From NCBI GenBank assembly GCA_965230925.1, contig OZ246403.1, forward strand, positions 458,455 to 522,454: 64,000 nucleotides of DNA, in the 5' to 3' direction. A program made the translations under genes and the position numbers. The first letter of the stretch is position 1; every line of letters begins with the position of its first letter. The stretch comes from an uncultured Candidatus Saccharibacteria bacterium. GTDB lineage: Bacteria; Patescibacteriota; Minisyncoccia; Phycocordibacterales; JACOZG01. This document shows positions 1 through 8,900 of the stretch, in pieces. A model generated the notes under the pieces. That model saw nothing but the letters and a program-made list of their open reading frames with translations, searched no databases and was not told the origin of the DNA.

Positions 1-1071
1 TGTTTGCAGAACACGAGTGTCCACATTGCGGAATAATTGATCCGTAAAGCGCTGGTCAGCATTACCAAGGCTAGAGTTTTGCCAACCTAGCAGTTCCCCC
101 AAATCCCGGGGTAGTCTTCGCTCCCAAGCAAGCATAGCGGCAAAGCTTCGTTCATATTCTTTTGACTTTAAAATTAAAAAAGCGCTTGAGCTTGAGGCGT
201 TATTTCCTGTAATACCAAGCATAAATTCTGGCGCGAGAGAAGAAAGTACCTCTTGCGGGAGATCGAGCTCGAGTTTCTCTTGCCAATTGCTAAAGCTTGG
301 ACGATTGCCGCCATTCGTAAAATAGAGGTCAATAATTTGGCTAGAACCTGGAAGAGCAAGATGGTTAGCGATCAGTTTTTTAATTTCCCGTCCAGAAAGC
401 GCGCTGATGTCTATTTTTTCATGTTTTTCGGCAAAAATAAGTGATTCAATAAGCGGAACAGGAGTAAAAGGGGTAGGCGTCGTTCCTCCTAAGCCTCCCG
501 TTTGATAGATAGTGTAGAAATAAGCCCCTGCACCGCCAAGGAGAAGCAACAAGATCAGAACTAAAACAAAAGTTGTTTTGCGGTGATGAGATCGCTTTTC
601 GTTTTGCTCCAATCTTTTTTTCTCTTCGGTTTGGAGAGCGATTCGAGAAAGAGATATTTTTTCATCTTGCACCGCTGAGTTTAGATCACTTCGGAGAGTG
701 CGAACCGGATTAAGATTAACTACCCCGGTTTTGAGAGTTTCAACGGTTTGTTGGGCGGCGCTAATTTTTTCTTCCCTCGCCTTAGCCGCCCCGAGAGCCG
801 CGGCCTCTTTTTCTTTTGCTGCTCTAGTTTCCGCCTCTTGCTCGGCTTTAGTTTTTTCTCGGGCCGCGAGGGCTTCCTCGCGAGCACGTTGCTCAGCTTT
901 TTCAGCAGCTTCTCGTGCTAGTCGACGAGCAGGATCTTCCATGGCTCGACGCGCTTCCGCTTGGCGGGTTCCGAGTCGTGCCGACTCTTCATCGCGACGT
1001 TTTTGACGCTCATCACCTTCAAGGGCGGCTCGGGCTTCCAGAATTCGGCTTTGTAAATCTGGATTTGCCAT
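1..1071 (-). CDS. membrane-anchored coiled-coil protein of unknown function (partial; continues beyond the window start)
   Basis: Manual reverse-complement translation shows the minus-strand reading frame open from the ATG at 1069-1071 through at least the hand-checked stretch 1-420 nt, with no in-frame stop. The N-terminus (MANPDLQSRILEARAALEGDE...) is charged and Ala/Glu/Lys/Arg-rich, followed by one transmembrane segment (TTFVLVLILLLLLGGAGAYFY) and an extracytoplasmic domain. The ATG overlaps the upstream gene's stop by 1 nt (TAATG). It is absent from the ORF track only because no stop falls within the window. Confidence 0.5.
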   Translation of the reverse strand, partial: MANPDLQSRILEARAALEGDERQKRRDEESARLGTRQAEARRAMEDPARRLAREAAEKAEQRAREEALAAREKTKAEQEAETRAAKEKEAAALGAAKAREEKISAAQQTVETLKTGVVNLNPVRTLRSDLNSAVQDEKISLSRIALQTEEKKRLEQNEKRSHHRKTTFVLVLILLLLLGGAGAYFYTIYQTGGLGGTTPTPFTPVPLIESLIFAEKHEKIDISALSGREIKKLIANHLALPGSSQIIDLYFTNGGNRPSFSNWQEKLELDLPQEVLSSLAPEFMLGITGNNASSSSAFLILKSKEYERSFAAMLAWERRLPRDLGELLGWQNSSLGNADQRFTDQLFRNVDTRVLQT

Positions 1072-1652
1072 TAACTCAAGGAGATAATTCTTTCTAATTC
1101 CGCTAGACGGGTTTTCAAAGTATCTTCTTCGGCCAGGAGTAGGCGATATTTTTGAGTCTCACTCTCAATAGTTTTAATAGCTGATGTGAGATCAGCTTCT
1201 AGTGTCCACTTTTGTTCTTCGAGAGTATGGCGCCGACCTTGGGCTTGCCACCGTTTTTCTTCAGCAGCCTTTTTTAGTTCTGGTTGGCTAGCACGGGCTT
1301 CTTCCATCTCGAGCTTCGCCTCTTCCTCTTCAAGTTTTTTCTCTTCTTCTAAAAGTGGCTTGAGTTTAAGGCTCGTTGTCTGCCGTTTATCGTCCAAGGT
1401 GATCCAATTGAGTTCAAGCTTTTCTTTTTGACTAGTGATTTGGGAAAGTTTTTTCTCTAATTCTGCCTGCTCAACTTTGGCGGTTTTTGCTTTTTCTTCT
1501 TGTTCCCATTTTGCCACCCGTTCAGGGCCAGCCATGGCAGCCTGAGCCGCAGCCACTTTTTCTTTAATTGCCGCCGCACCAGTTACTGGGGGCGGATTAA
1601 ATTCTATTCCGGCGACGATAGAATCTTTTTCTGGTTGAGTTTTTTCATCCAT
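1071..1652 (-). CDS. Glu/Lys-rich coiled-coil protein, hypothetical
   Basis: 193-aa ORF with strongly heptad-like, E/K/A/L-rich composition. The antisense plus-strand ORFs are Ala/Ser-rich artefacts. Shares a TAATG junction with the downstream gene. Confidence 0.55.
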   Translation of the reverse strand: MDEKTQPEKDSIVAGIEFNPPPVTGAAAIKEKVAAAQAAMAGPERVAKWEQEEKAKTAKVEQAELEKKLSQITSQKEKLELNWITLDDKRQTTSLKLKPLLEEEKKLEEEEAKLEMEEARASQPELKKAAEEKRWQAQGRRHTLEEQKWTLEADLTSAIKTIESETQKYRLLLAEEDTLKTRLAELERIISLS

Positions 1653-1707
1653 TTTTTAAGTATAGCAAAACCCGCCTTGATCAACATCAAGACGGGTGGA
1701 AACATGT

Positions 1708-2268
1708 TTAAGAATTAGTTCCGTTTGTGGCTGGCGGTGGAGATTTTGTTTCTCTTCGTCTGTTTATTAAAAGATATTTTCTCGGATTGTCCCCTAGGTC
1801 GGTGAATTGATCCGCCACCTCTTTAAGTTTTCCTGAAGTGCTTTTGCCGAAAGACATTACCTCGACTTGATTGCCAGTATGATTTTTTAAATATTCCACT
1901 AGGGGCACGAAATCGCCGTCACCCGAGGCGAGAATTATAGCGTCAAGTTTGGGAGCGAGTCGCACCGCGTCCATGGCAAGACCCACATCCCAATCGGCCT
2001 TCTTGGCGCCGCCAATGAAGATTTGGAGATCTTTAGTCTTAATTTCAATACCCATTCTTTCCATTGCTTCAAAGAAGTTTTTTTCTTCCCCCGACTCGGT
2101 GGTTACCACGTAGGCCATCGCCCGGACTAGATTTCGTCCCGCTACGGCTTCTTTGAGGACAGCGGCAAAGTTTACCCGCGCCTGGTAAAGGTTTTTGGCG
2201 CAATGATATAAGTTCTGCGTATCAATAAATACGCCGACCCGTTGACTAGAGTGTTTAATAACAGACAT
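1708..2268 (-). CDS. NYN / LabA-like (DUF88) domain protein, putative RNase
   Basis: 186-aa ORF. The N-terminal VGVFIDTQNLY motif and overall pattern match LabA/NYN-domain proteins. The start overlaps the rpsO stop by 1 nt (TAATG). Confidence 0.75.
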   Translation of the reverse strand: MSVIKHSSQRVGVFIDTQNLYHCAKNLYQARVNFAAVLKEAVAGRNLVRAMAYVVTTESGEEKNFFEAMERMGIEIKTKDLQIFIGGAKKADWDVGLAMDAVRLAPKLDAIILASGDGDFVPLVEYLKNHTGNQVEVMSFGKSTSGKLKEVADQFTDLGDNPRKYLLINRRRETKSPPPATNGTNS

Positions 2269-2498
2269 TATTTCTTCGCTTTCTGGCGATCAAGATATTT
2301 TAAATGAGAACGGCGCTTTGAAACAAGTTTCAATAAACCACGGCGAGAGTGCTCGTCTTTAGCATTTTTCTTCAAATGTTTTGTAAGGGCATCAATTTGG
2401 CGAGAGAGTAAAGCTGCCTGGACCTTTGATGAACCAGTGTCCTTCTCATGAACACTCTCCCGAGAAATAATGGCCTTCTTTTCTTTAGTTGAAAGCAT
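2268..2498 (-). CDS. rpsO: 30S ribosomal protein S15
   Basis: 76 aa. The [20 protein letters not shown] motif matches the S15 signature HSRRGLL...RR.LL.YL. Confidence 0.85.
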   Translation of the reverse strand: MLSTKEKKAIISRESVHEKDTGSSKVQAALLSRQIDALTKHLKKNAKDEHSRRGLLKLVSKRRSHLKYLDRQKAKK

Positions 2499-2529
2499 GG
2501 TGGTATCATATCAAAATCAGGAATTTATG

Positions 2530-3384
2530 GCAACTCCCCTTCTTTTACAACTCAAAGGTCAGTTTTTAGAATATCTTGAGATTGAGCGTGGTCGGAGTGC
2601 TAAAACGGTGGCCAATTACGACCATTATTTGAGGCGTTTCCTTGGTTTTTCGGGTGCCAAGTCTCCCGCCAACCTAACCAGTGAAATGGTGAGAAAGTAC
2701 CGCTTATGGCTTAACCGTGAGACTTTAAAGAAGAATACCCAAAACTATCACCTCATTGCCCTTCGGTCTTTTCTTAAATATCTTGAAAAGCGGGGCCACA
2801 AGACCCTTTCCCCTACGGAAATTGATCTTGCCAAGGTCCCAAGCCGTGATCTTGATCTCATGAGCGCCGAAGATCTCGAGCGATTACTTAAGGCACCTAA
2901 ATCTCCTCGAGATCGGGCTATTCTCGAACTCTTTTTCTCCACTGGGCTTCGAGTGTCTGAACTTTGCGCTCTAGATCGCGACAGTTTCAATCTCAAGCAA
3001 GATGAGTTCTCGGTTCGGGGTAAAGGTGAGAAGGTGCGGGTGGTATTTCTGTCTGACATGGCGAAAAAGGTACTCAAAGAATATCTCGACAAGCGCACTG
3101 ATACGGAAGAGTGCCTATTTGTCAGCGAAAAGAACACTCGTCTTACTCCTCGGAGTATTGAGCGGTTAATCCAGAAGTATGCTATTGCTGCCGGTATTAC
3201 CAAGAAAGTTACTCCTCATACCTTGCGTCACAGCTTTGCTACTGACCTTCTCCGTAACGGAGCCGATCTTCGCTCGGTCCAGATGATGCTCGGCCACGCC
3301 AACATTTCTACCACCCAGATCTATACTCACCTCACCGATCGTCAACTCAAAGAGATTCATAAGACATTTCATCGACGTAGCTAA
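2530..3384 (+). CDS. tyrosine recombinase, XerC/XerD family
   Basis: The C-terminal HTLRHSFATDLLRNGADLRSVQMMLGHANISTTQIYTHL is the classic tyrosine-recombinase catalytic region (R..H..R..Y). The N-terminal SAM-like domain aligns with XerD from MATPLLLQLKGQF. The track ORF begins at 2470, overlapping rpsO; the internal Met at 2530 is the more likely start. Confidence 0.8.
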   Translation, partial: ATPLLLQLKGQFLEYLEIERGRSAKTVANYDHYLRRFLGFSGAKSPANLTSEMVRKYRLWLNRETLKKNTQNYHLIALRSFLKYLEKRGHKTLSPTEIDLAKVPSRDLDLMSAEDLERLLKAPKSPRDRAILELFFSTGLRVSELCALDRDSFNLKQDEFSVRGKGEKVRVVFLSDMAKKVLKEYLDKRTDTEECLFVSEKNTRLTPRSIERLIQKYAIAAGITKKVTPHTLRHSFATDLLRNGADLRSVQMMLGHANISTTQIYTHLTDRQLKEIHKTFHRRS

Positions 3385-3526
3385 GTTATCCCCAACTTTA
3401 GTATTGTCCTTTATGTTGTCCTATATTAAACTATCGGACAGGTATGATTTGGTCTTAAAAAAGACAACATCGTTGTGTCTTTCTAATTTTCTCCACCAGG
3501 AAGGACCCAATCATATCTGTCGGAAA

Positions 3527-3553
3527 ACACCCCAAAAAGGGTGTGTTTTTTTA
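3527..3553. terminator. bidirectional rho-independent terminator between convergent xer and cca genes
   Basis: ACACCC-caaaaa-GGGTGT hairpin followed by a T-run (gtgtgttttttta). The complementary strand carries an A-run/T-run as well. Confidence 0.55.
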
Positions 3554-5014
3554 TTTTACAGCGTATTTTTGACGGATTTTTTGTAATTCCTCTTCCTCCG
3601 TTTCTTCTTTTTTTTCCTTACCAGCCTCACCAAGTTTTGTGAGTTCATTGTCAGGTAGAATAGAGAGTTCTTTTGCTCGGCCTTCAAGGTGTTCGGTGGT
3701 GTTTAACTCTGGTTTCTCGAGCACTTCTTCAAGTAAAGCATGGAGAATCTGGCCAATTTTTGGCCCCGGCTTAAGTCCGGCAACTTCGATTACCCTAGCC
3801 CCATTGATTTTAAGCATCGCCACGGATGTTGGGCTCCTTAGGGCCTCCTCAATCATTGATTCGTATTTACGCAAGCGGTAGGGACTTTCTTTGGGTCTTC
3901 CCATTCCTATACGGTCACAATTTCGTACTTTCATGAGATCCCAAACATGTTCTGGCCCCACATTACGAATGATTCTCCGGACAGCAGAAAGGGTTATTTT
4001 TTCGATATCGGTAAAAAACATATGATTTCTCACTAGTTTTTCTACGATTTCTATGGTTTTAGCCGGGAACTTAAGTCGGGTAAGGATTTTTTTTACCATC
4101 TTGGCTCCCACCACATCGTGACCATAGAAGGTCCAGTCTTTCTTTTCCTCACCCCACTTTCGGGTTCTCGGCTTTCCAATATCATGGAACAGGGCCGCAA
4201 GTCTCACGTGAAACTCAAAATTTTTATCGGCCGAATGCTGAAGAACGCGTAATGTGTGTTCCCAAACATCATATTTATGATCCCCGTTTTGTTTCATACC
4301 AATTCCCTCCTCTAGTTCAGGTAAGAAGTGCTGAAGAACGCCCATTTGGTGGCTTAAAACAAGGCCCAACATCGGTTCTGGAGACGTAATGATTTTACTA
4401 AACTCATCTCTGACGCGTTCAGCAGAGATTTTTTGGAGTAAATAAGCATTGTTTTTGATTGCCTCACTAGTCTCATTGTTTATCGTGAAACCAAGTTCTG
4501 TGGCTAAGCGTATGGCGCGTAGAATACGCAAAGGGTCTTCTTGGAACCGTTTTGTGGCTTCCCCCACCGCTTTGATGGTTTTCCACTCCAAATCCTTTTG
4601 ACCCTCGTAGAGATCGGTAATTTGTCCTTTAGAAACGGAATAGGCTAAGGCGTTTAGCGTGAAATCGCGTCGAGAGAGATCTTCGTCTAAGGTTTTGGCA
4701 AAAGAGATTTGGTCTGGGTGTCGAAAGTCAGAGTACTTTCCCTCCAAACGATATGGAGTGATCTGAATCTCGCGCAAACTGCCGGTAAGACTCTCGTTTA
4801 CTAGGGTCACTGTACCAAAGTTATTCTCGTAATAAGTTTTCTCAAATAAGCCTATAATTTGGTCTGGGGCGGCATTAGTCGCGATATCCCAGTCTTTCGG
4901 TTCACGGACTAAAAGCAGGTCTCGAACACAGCCACCGACCAAAAAGGCCTCAAAACCAGCCCTTTCTAAGGTTTCTGTTACACGTGAAACTTCGCTTGGG
5001 ATATTCTTAATCAT
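3551..5014 (-). CDS. cca: CCA-adding tRNA nucleotidyltransferase with C-terminal HD domain
   Basis: N-terminal GGCVRDLLL...DWDIATNA is the polymerase-beta-type nucleotidyltransferase head. The HD motif LAALFHDIGKP lies further downstream. 487 aa. Confidence 0.85.
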   Translation of the reverse strand: MIKNIPSEVSRVTETLERAGFEAFLVGGCVRDLLLVREPKDWDIATNAAPDQIIGLFEKTYYENNFGTVTLVNESLTGSLREIQITPYRLEGKYSDFRHPDQISFAKTLDEDLSRRDFTLNALAYSVSKGQITDLYEGQKDLEWKTIKAVGEATKRFQEDPLRILRAIRLATELGFTINNETSEAIKNNAYLLQKISAERVRDEFSKIITSPEPMLGLVLSHQMGVLQHFLPELEEGIGMKQNGDHKYDVWEHTLRVLQHSADKNFEFHVRLAALFHDIGKPRTRKWGEEKKDWTFYGHDVVGAKMVKKILTRLKFPAKTIEIVEKLVRNHMFFTDIEKITLSAVRRIIRNVGPEHVWDLMKVRNCDRIGMGRPKESPYRLRKYESMIEEALRSPTSVAMLKINGARVIEVAGLKPGPKIGQILHALLEEVLEKPELNTTEHLEGRAKELSILPDNELTKLGEAGKEKKEETEEEELQKIRQKYAVK

Positions 5015-5036
5015 CTATGGTATTCTAGACTATTCT

Positions 5037-5108
5037 GCTCTCGTGGTGAAATGGATATCACAACGGTCTTCGGAACCGTTATTGGGGGTTCGAATCCCTC
5101 CGAGAGCA
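5037..5108 (+). tRNA. tRNA-Arg (anticodon TCG)
   Basis: Hand-folded cloverleaf: acceptor GCTCTCG/CGAGAGC, D-stem GTGA/TCAC, anticodon stem ACGGT/ACCGT with loop CTTCGGA, T-arm GGGGG-TTCGAAT-CCCTC, discriminator A. 72 nt. Confidence 0.7.
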
Positions 5109-5178
5109 CAAGCGAGCTGGCGTAGCTGGTGCCAGGATTTGGCTCGTGAATAGGTTTTCTGTTAAGATCTTGCGTATT

Positions 5179-5249
5179 GCGGGCATGGTTTAGTGGTAGA
5201 ACGCGTCCTTGCCAAGGACGAGATGGGAGTCCGATTCTCCCTGCCCGCA
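5179..5249 (+). tRNA. tRNA-Gly (anticodon GCC)
   Basis: Acceptor GCGGGCA/TGCCCGC, anticodon stem CGTCC/GGACG with loop TTGCCAA, T-arm GGGAG-TCCGATT-CTCCC. 71 nt. Confidence 0.75.
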
Positions 5250-5290
5250 CCTAAAAGTCATTAAATCTGTGGATAACATTGGGGACAAGG

Positions 5291-5691
5291 TGGATAAAAG
5301 ACTGTCCGATAAGCAGGAAATAGGTCTTTTAGGCGAAGAAACAGCCTCATTGTTTCTTAAGAAACATGGGTTCACCATTCTAGACCGAAATTACCGTAAA
5401 GTTTTTGGTGAAATAGACATTATTGGAGAAAAGGATGGAATAATTCACTTTTTTGAGGTAAAGACAGTTTCACGTAGAACATTGCCCAAAGAAGGGGAGG
5501 ATGTGTATCTTCCGGAAGAGAATGTGCATCCTTGGAAGATGAAACGTCTTTCTCGGGCGGTGCAAACTTATCTTCTAGAGAAAAGGGTGCCGGAAGATAA
5601 AGACTGGCAAATTGATACCGTGGCGGTTTATCTTGAGAAGGGGACTAATAAAGTTTTGAAAATTGAGGTTTTGGAAGATGTTTTGGTATAG
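5291..5691 (+). CDS. yraN: UPF0102 / YraN-family endonuclease-like protein
   Basis: FGEIDIIGEKDGIIHFFEVKTVSRR matches the YraN/UPF0102 core (GE.D.I.......EVK). The track ORF start at 5209 lies inside tRNA-Gly; the GTG at 5291 (VDKRLSD...) is the more likely start. Confidence 0.65.
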
Positions 5692-5720
5692 TGTACTTTA
5701 GAGGTCGGACAAAAATTTTA

Positions 5721-5793
5721 CGGGGTATGGTGTAACGGCTAACATACTCGCTTTGGGAGCGAGCGACTCTGGGTTCGAATCCCAGTACCCCGA
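5721..5793 (+). tRNA. tRNA-Pro (anticodon TGG)
   Basis: Acceptor CGGGGTA/TACCCCG (C1-G72, typical of Pro), anticodon stem CTCGC/GCGAG with loop TTTGGGA (G37), T-arm CTGGG-TTCGAAT-CCCAG. 73 nt. Confidence 0.75.
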
Positions 5794-5908
5794 TACTCGA
5801 GTTTCTCGATTAGTTATCCACAACTGTCTTTTATGTCCCTTATAATAATTTTGTAGTACAATGAACGCCACTAGGTGGGGAGAAAATTATTAGCTTAGTT
5901 TCTTTACA

Positions 5909-8900
5909 ATGATTGTTAAAAAAGTTCTCGGGATTTTTTTTGTCTTAGCTCTTAGTTTAACGGTGGTTGAGGCACAGGCAGTAAATTCTTCCCCGCATTC
6001 TCAAGGTGGTTTAATTTGGGAATTACTTTCCCGGATCAATCAAATTTCTTTGCTTAGTCAGGCTGGTTGTTCAACAAACACCCCGCCAGCTCCAAGTATT
6101 AGCGTGCCAGTAAATAATTTTTCTGGTGTAGTTGGAACCCCGGTATCTTTTAGTGGTTCCGCTACAGATTCTGGTGGATCAATTTCCATCACCAGTTACA
6201 GTTGGAATTTTGGCGACAGCACTTCTGCTGGTGGTACTAGTGCGAATCATGTTTATGCAACACCTGGTCAGAAAACAGTAACGCTTACTGCAAACGATTG
6301 GTGTGGGGCTTCTGGTTCGACTAATATTTCTATAACAATTAACTCGTCGACTCCGACCAATGCCCCTGCTTCCGTTAATGCTGGCGCGGATCAAAATATT
6401 TCTTCTCTCGGTTTTCCAACTGTAAATCTAAACGCCGCAGTGACCGACGACGGTTTGCCCAATCCTCCTGGTGCTTTAACTTATACTTGGCAGCAGGTGA
6501 GTGGTCCTGCAGGCTCTGTTTTTACTGGGGCCTCGACGCTTAACCCCTCAGTTGCTCTAATGGGTTTTGGTACTTATGTTTTTCGTTTAACGGTTTGGGA
6601 TGGGGCAGTCCAGTCTTACGATGAGGTTTCTGTGACAGCAAATCAGTCAGCCAACAATCCTCCTACTGTTAATGCTGGCACTGATCAGTCTGTTGTTTTT
6701 CCAGCCAGCGCTACGCTTAGTGGCTCGGTTAGCGATGATAACTCCGCTAATCCTTATCGAGTGTGGACGAAAACTAGTGGACCAGGAACCGTTACTTTTT
6801 CTTCACCTTCCAGTAATAGTCCGCTTGCGACCTTTTCTGGGGTTGGTGTTTATGTTTTAAGATTAACAGCAAATGATGGTTTTTTGGAATCTTTTGATGA
6901 GGTTACTGTAACGGTAAACAGTCAAACAAACACTGCCCCGACCGCGTCCGCAGGCTCAGACCGCTCGGTAACTGGTTCAACTGGACCATTTGTTTTCACG
7001 ATCAACAACACTGCCTCTGTTTACGACGATGGTTTGCCTAATCCGCCAGGATCAGTTACTCAAACTTGGACGAAAGTGAGTGGTCCAGGAACTGTAACCT
7101 TCACTCCGAGTAACACTACGCTTCGCCCCACCGTTTCTTTGTCTTTGGCTGGAACCTATGTTTTACGCTTAACCGCGAGTGACAGTGTTCTTTCTGACGA
7201 TGATGAAATGACAGTAACGGTGAATCAGCCGAACAACACCCCAACGGTTGATGCCGGCCCCAATCGAACAATTTATTCATATCAAACCAACTCCGCGTCA
7301 CTTGACGGTACGGTAAATGATGATGGCCTACCTAATCCTCCTGGTGCGCTTGCAACAACATGGACAAAAGTAAGTGGTCCAGGAACAGTAACATTTGCCA
7401 ACGCTTCAAGCGTTGATACTACCGCCACCTTTAGTCAGGCTGGAACCTATGGTTTGCGATTAACCGTTTCCGACGGTTCACTTTCTGCAAACGATACGAT
7501 GACCGTTTTCTATTGGCAGAATAATCCGCCTACGGCAAATGCTGGTCCGGATCAAAATCTTTCTTTTCCTCAAGCACCAGCAATAGTTCCTTTGAGCCCC
7601 TCCGCTTCCAATCCCGATGGTTTGCCTGTTGGTGGGCAGCTTCACTTTGATTGGATTAAAGTCAGTGGACCAGGTAATGCCACCTTTAGTAATTCTGGAG
7701 GCACTTGGCCACCGAATTCTTCACCCTCAGTTACTTTATCTCAATTTGGTAGTTATATTTTGCGCCTGCTCATATCAGACGGGTCTACAAGCTTAGGAGG
7801 TCTCTCGTCGTCTGACGACGTTGCCATCACCATTTCTTCTGGTGGCAATGTTAATACTCCTCCAACGGTAAATGCTGTGGCTGAACCAGCCATAATAACT
7901 CTGCCGACCAGCCAAGTTCTACTAAACGGTACTGTTGCCGACAATAATCTTTCTCTTGTAAGTTATTTGTGGACTAAGGTTAGTGGTCCTACCACTGGTT
8001 CCACCATTGTTTCGCCCACCCAAGTTGATACTAATGTTACCTTCACTCAAGCGGGGACGTACAAATTTAAATTAACAGTCAATGATTCTGGTGTGCCGCC
8101 GTTTAATAACATCTCTTCTCCAGAAGTTACGGTAACCGTAAACCCGGTGAATCAGTGTGCTGGCAATCTTCCTCCTCTGGTTAGCGCTGGGCCGGATCGA
8201 ACAGCCACAGCTGGTGTTTTGATTACGCTTACTGGTTCTTCTTCTGATCCTAATGGTAACAACACTATTACTAACCATGCTTGGAACTTTGGTGATGGTT
8301 CTGCCACCTTTAATGCGCCAAACGCAGTGGCGATGCACACTTTTGCCGTGGCGGGCACTTACAATGTAACTCTTACAGTGACTGATGGATGCCACTCGGT
8401 GAGTGATGAAACTCAAGTAGTCGTTGCTCCACCTCAGCCGAGCAATCAGGCTCCGCAAGCTGGATTGTTGACGGCCAATCCATCCGTTCTTGCCCTGCCC
8501 CTCAACACTCTTAACTTAAGTGTTCCGATAACTGATGATTTGTTGCCCGCACCACATTCAGTGACCACAACCTGGTCACAAGTAAGTGGTCCAGCAACGG
8601 GAACCACCTTTAATCCACCTGTTAGTCAGAGTGCTTTAGCGAGCTTTACTGCTACCACCGCGGTTACTTTGCCTAGTGTTTCAGGGGACTATGTCTTTAG
8701 GGCTTCAATCTCTGATGGTTCGGGTTTGCCTGCAGTTATTCGCGAAGTTACCGTAGCTCTCGGTCCTCCAGTTGCTGGTCCCTGTGATAATAATCAGGCG
8801 CCGACGGCAAATCTTACTGGGCCGACCACTGGTCTTGTGGGGCAAACCCTTACATTTAGCGCCGACGGATCAACTACGGGAAGCAATGGCATGAATGAAA

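Noticed and set aside
698-1006. Ala/Ser/Arg-rich plus-strand ORFs (698-1006, 1186-1431, 16551-16901, 20485-20772 and similar)
   Set aside because: They are antisense to Glu/Lys-rich coiled-coil or housekeeping genes. Low-complexity composition is the expected mirror artefact.
3385-3526. Possible dif-like Xer site right after the recombinase gene (tattgtcctttatgttgtcctata)
   Set aside because: The two half-motifs are direct repeats, not inverted arms around a 6-bp spacer, so they do not fit XerC/XerD dif architecture.
5011-5378. Minus-strand ORFs 5011-5250 and 5190-5378 and the plus ORF start at 5209
   Set aside because: They run through tRNA-Arg and tRNA-Gly. The yraN start was moved to the GTG at 5291, after the tRNA.
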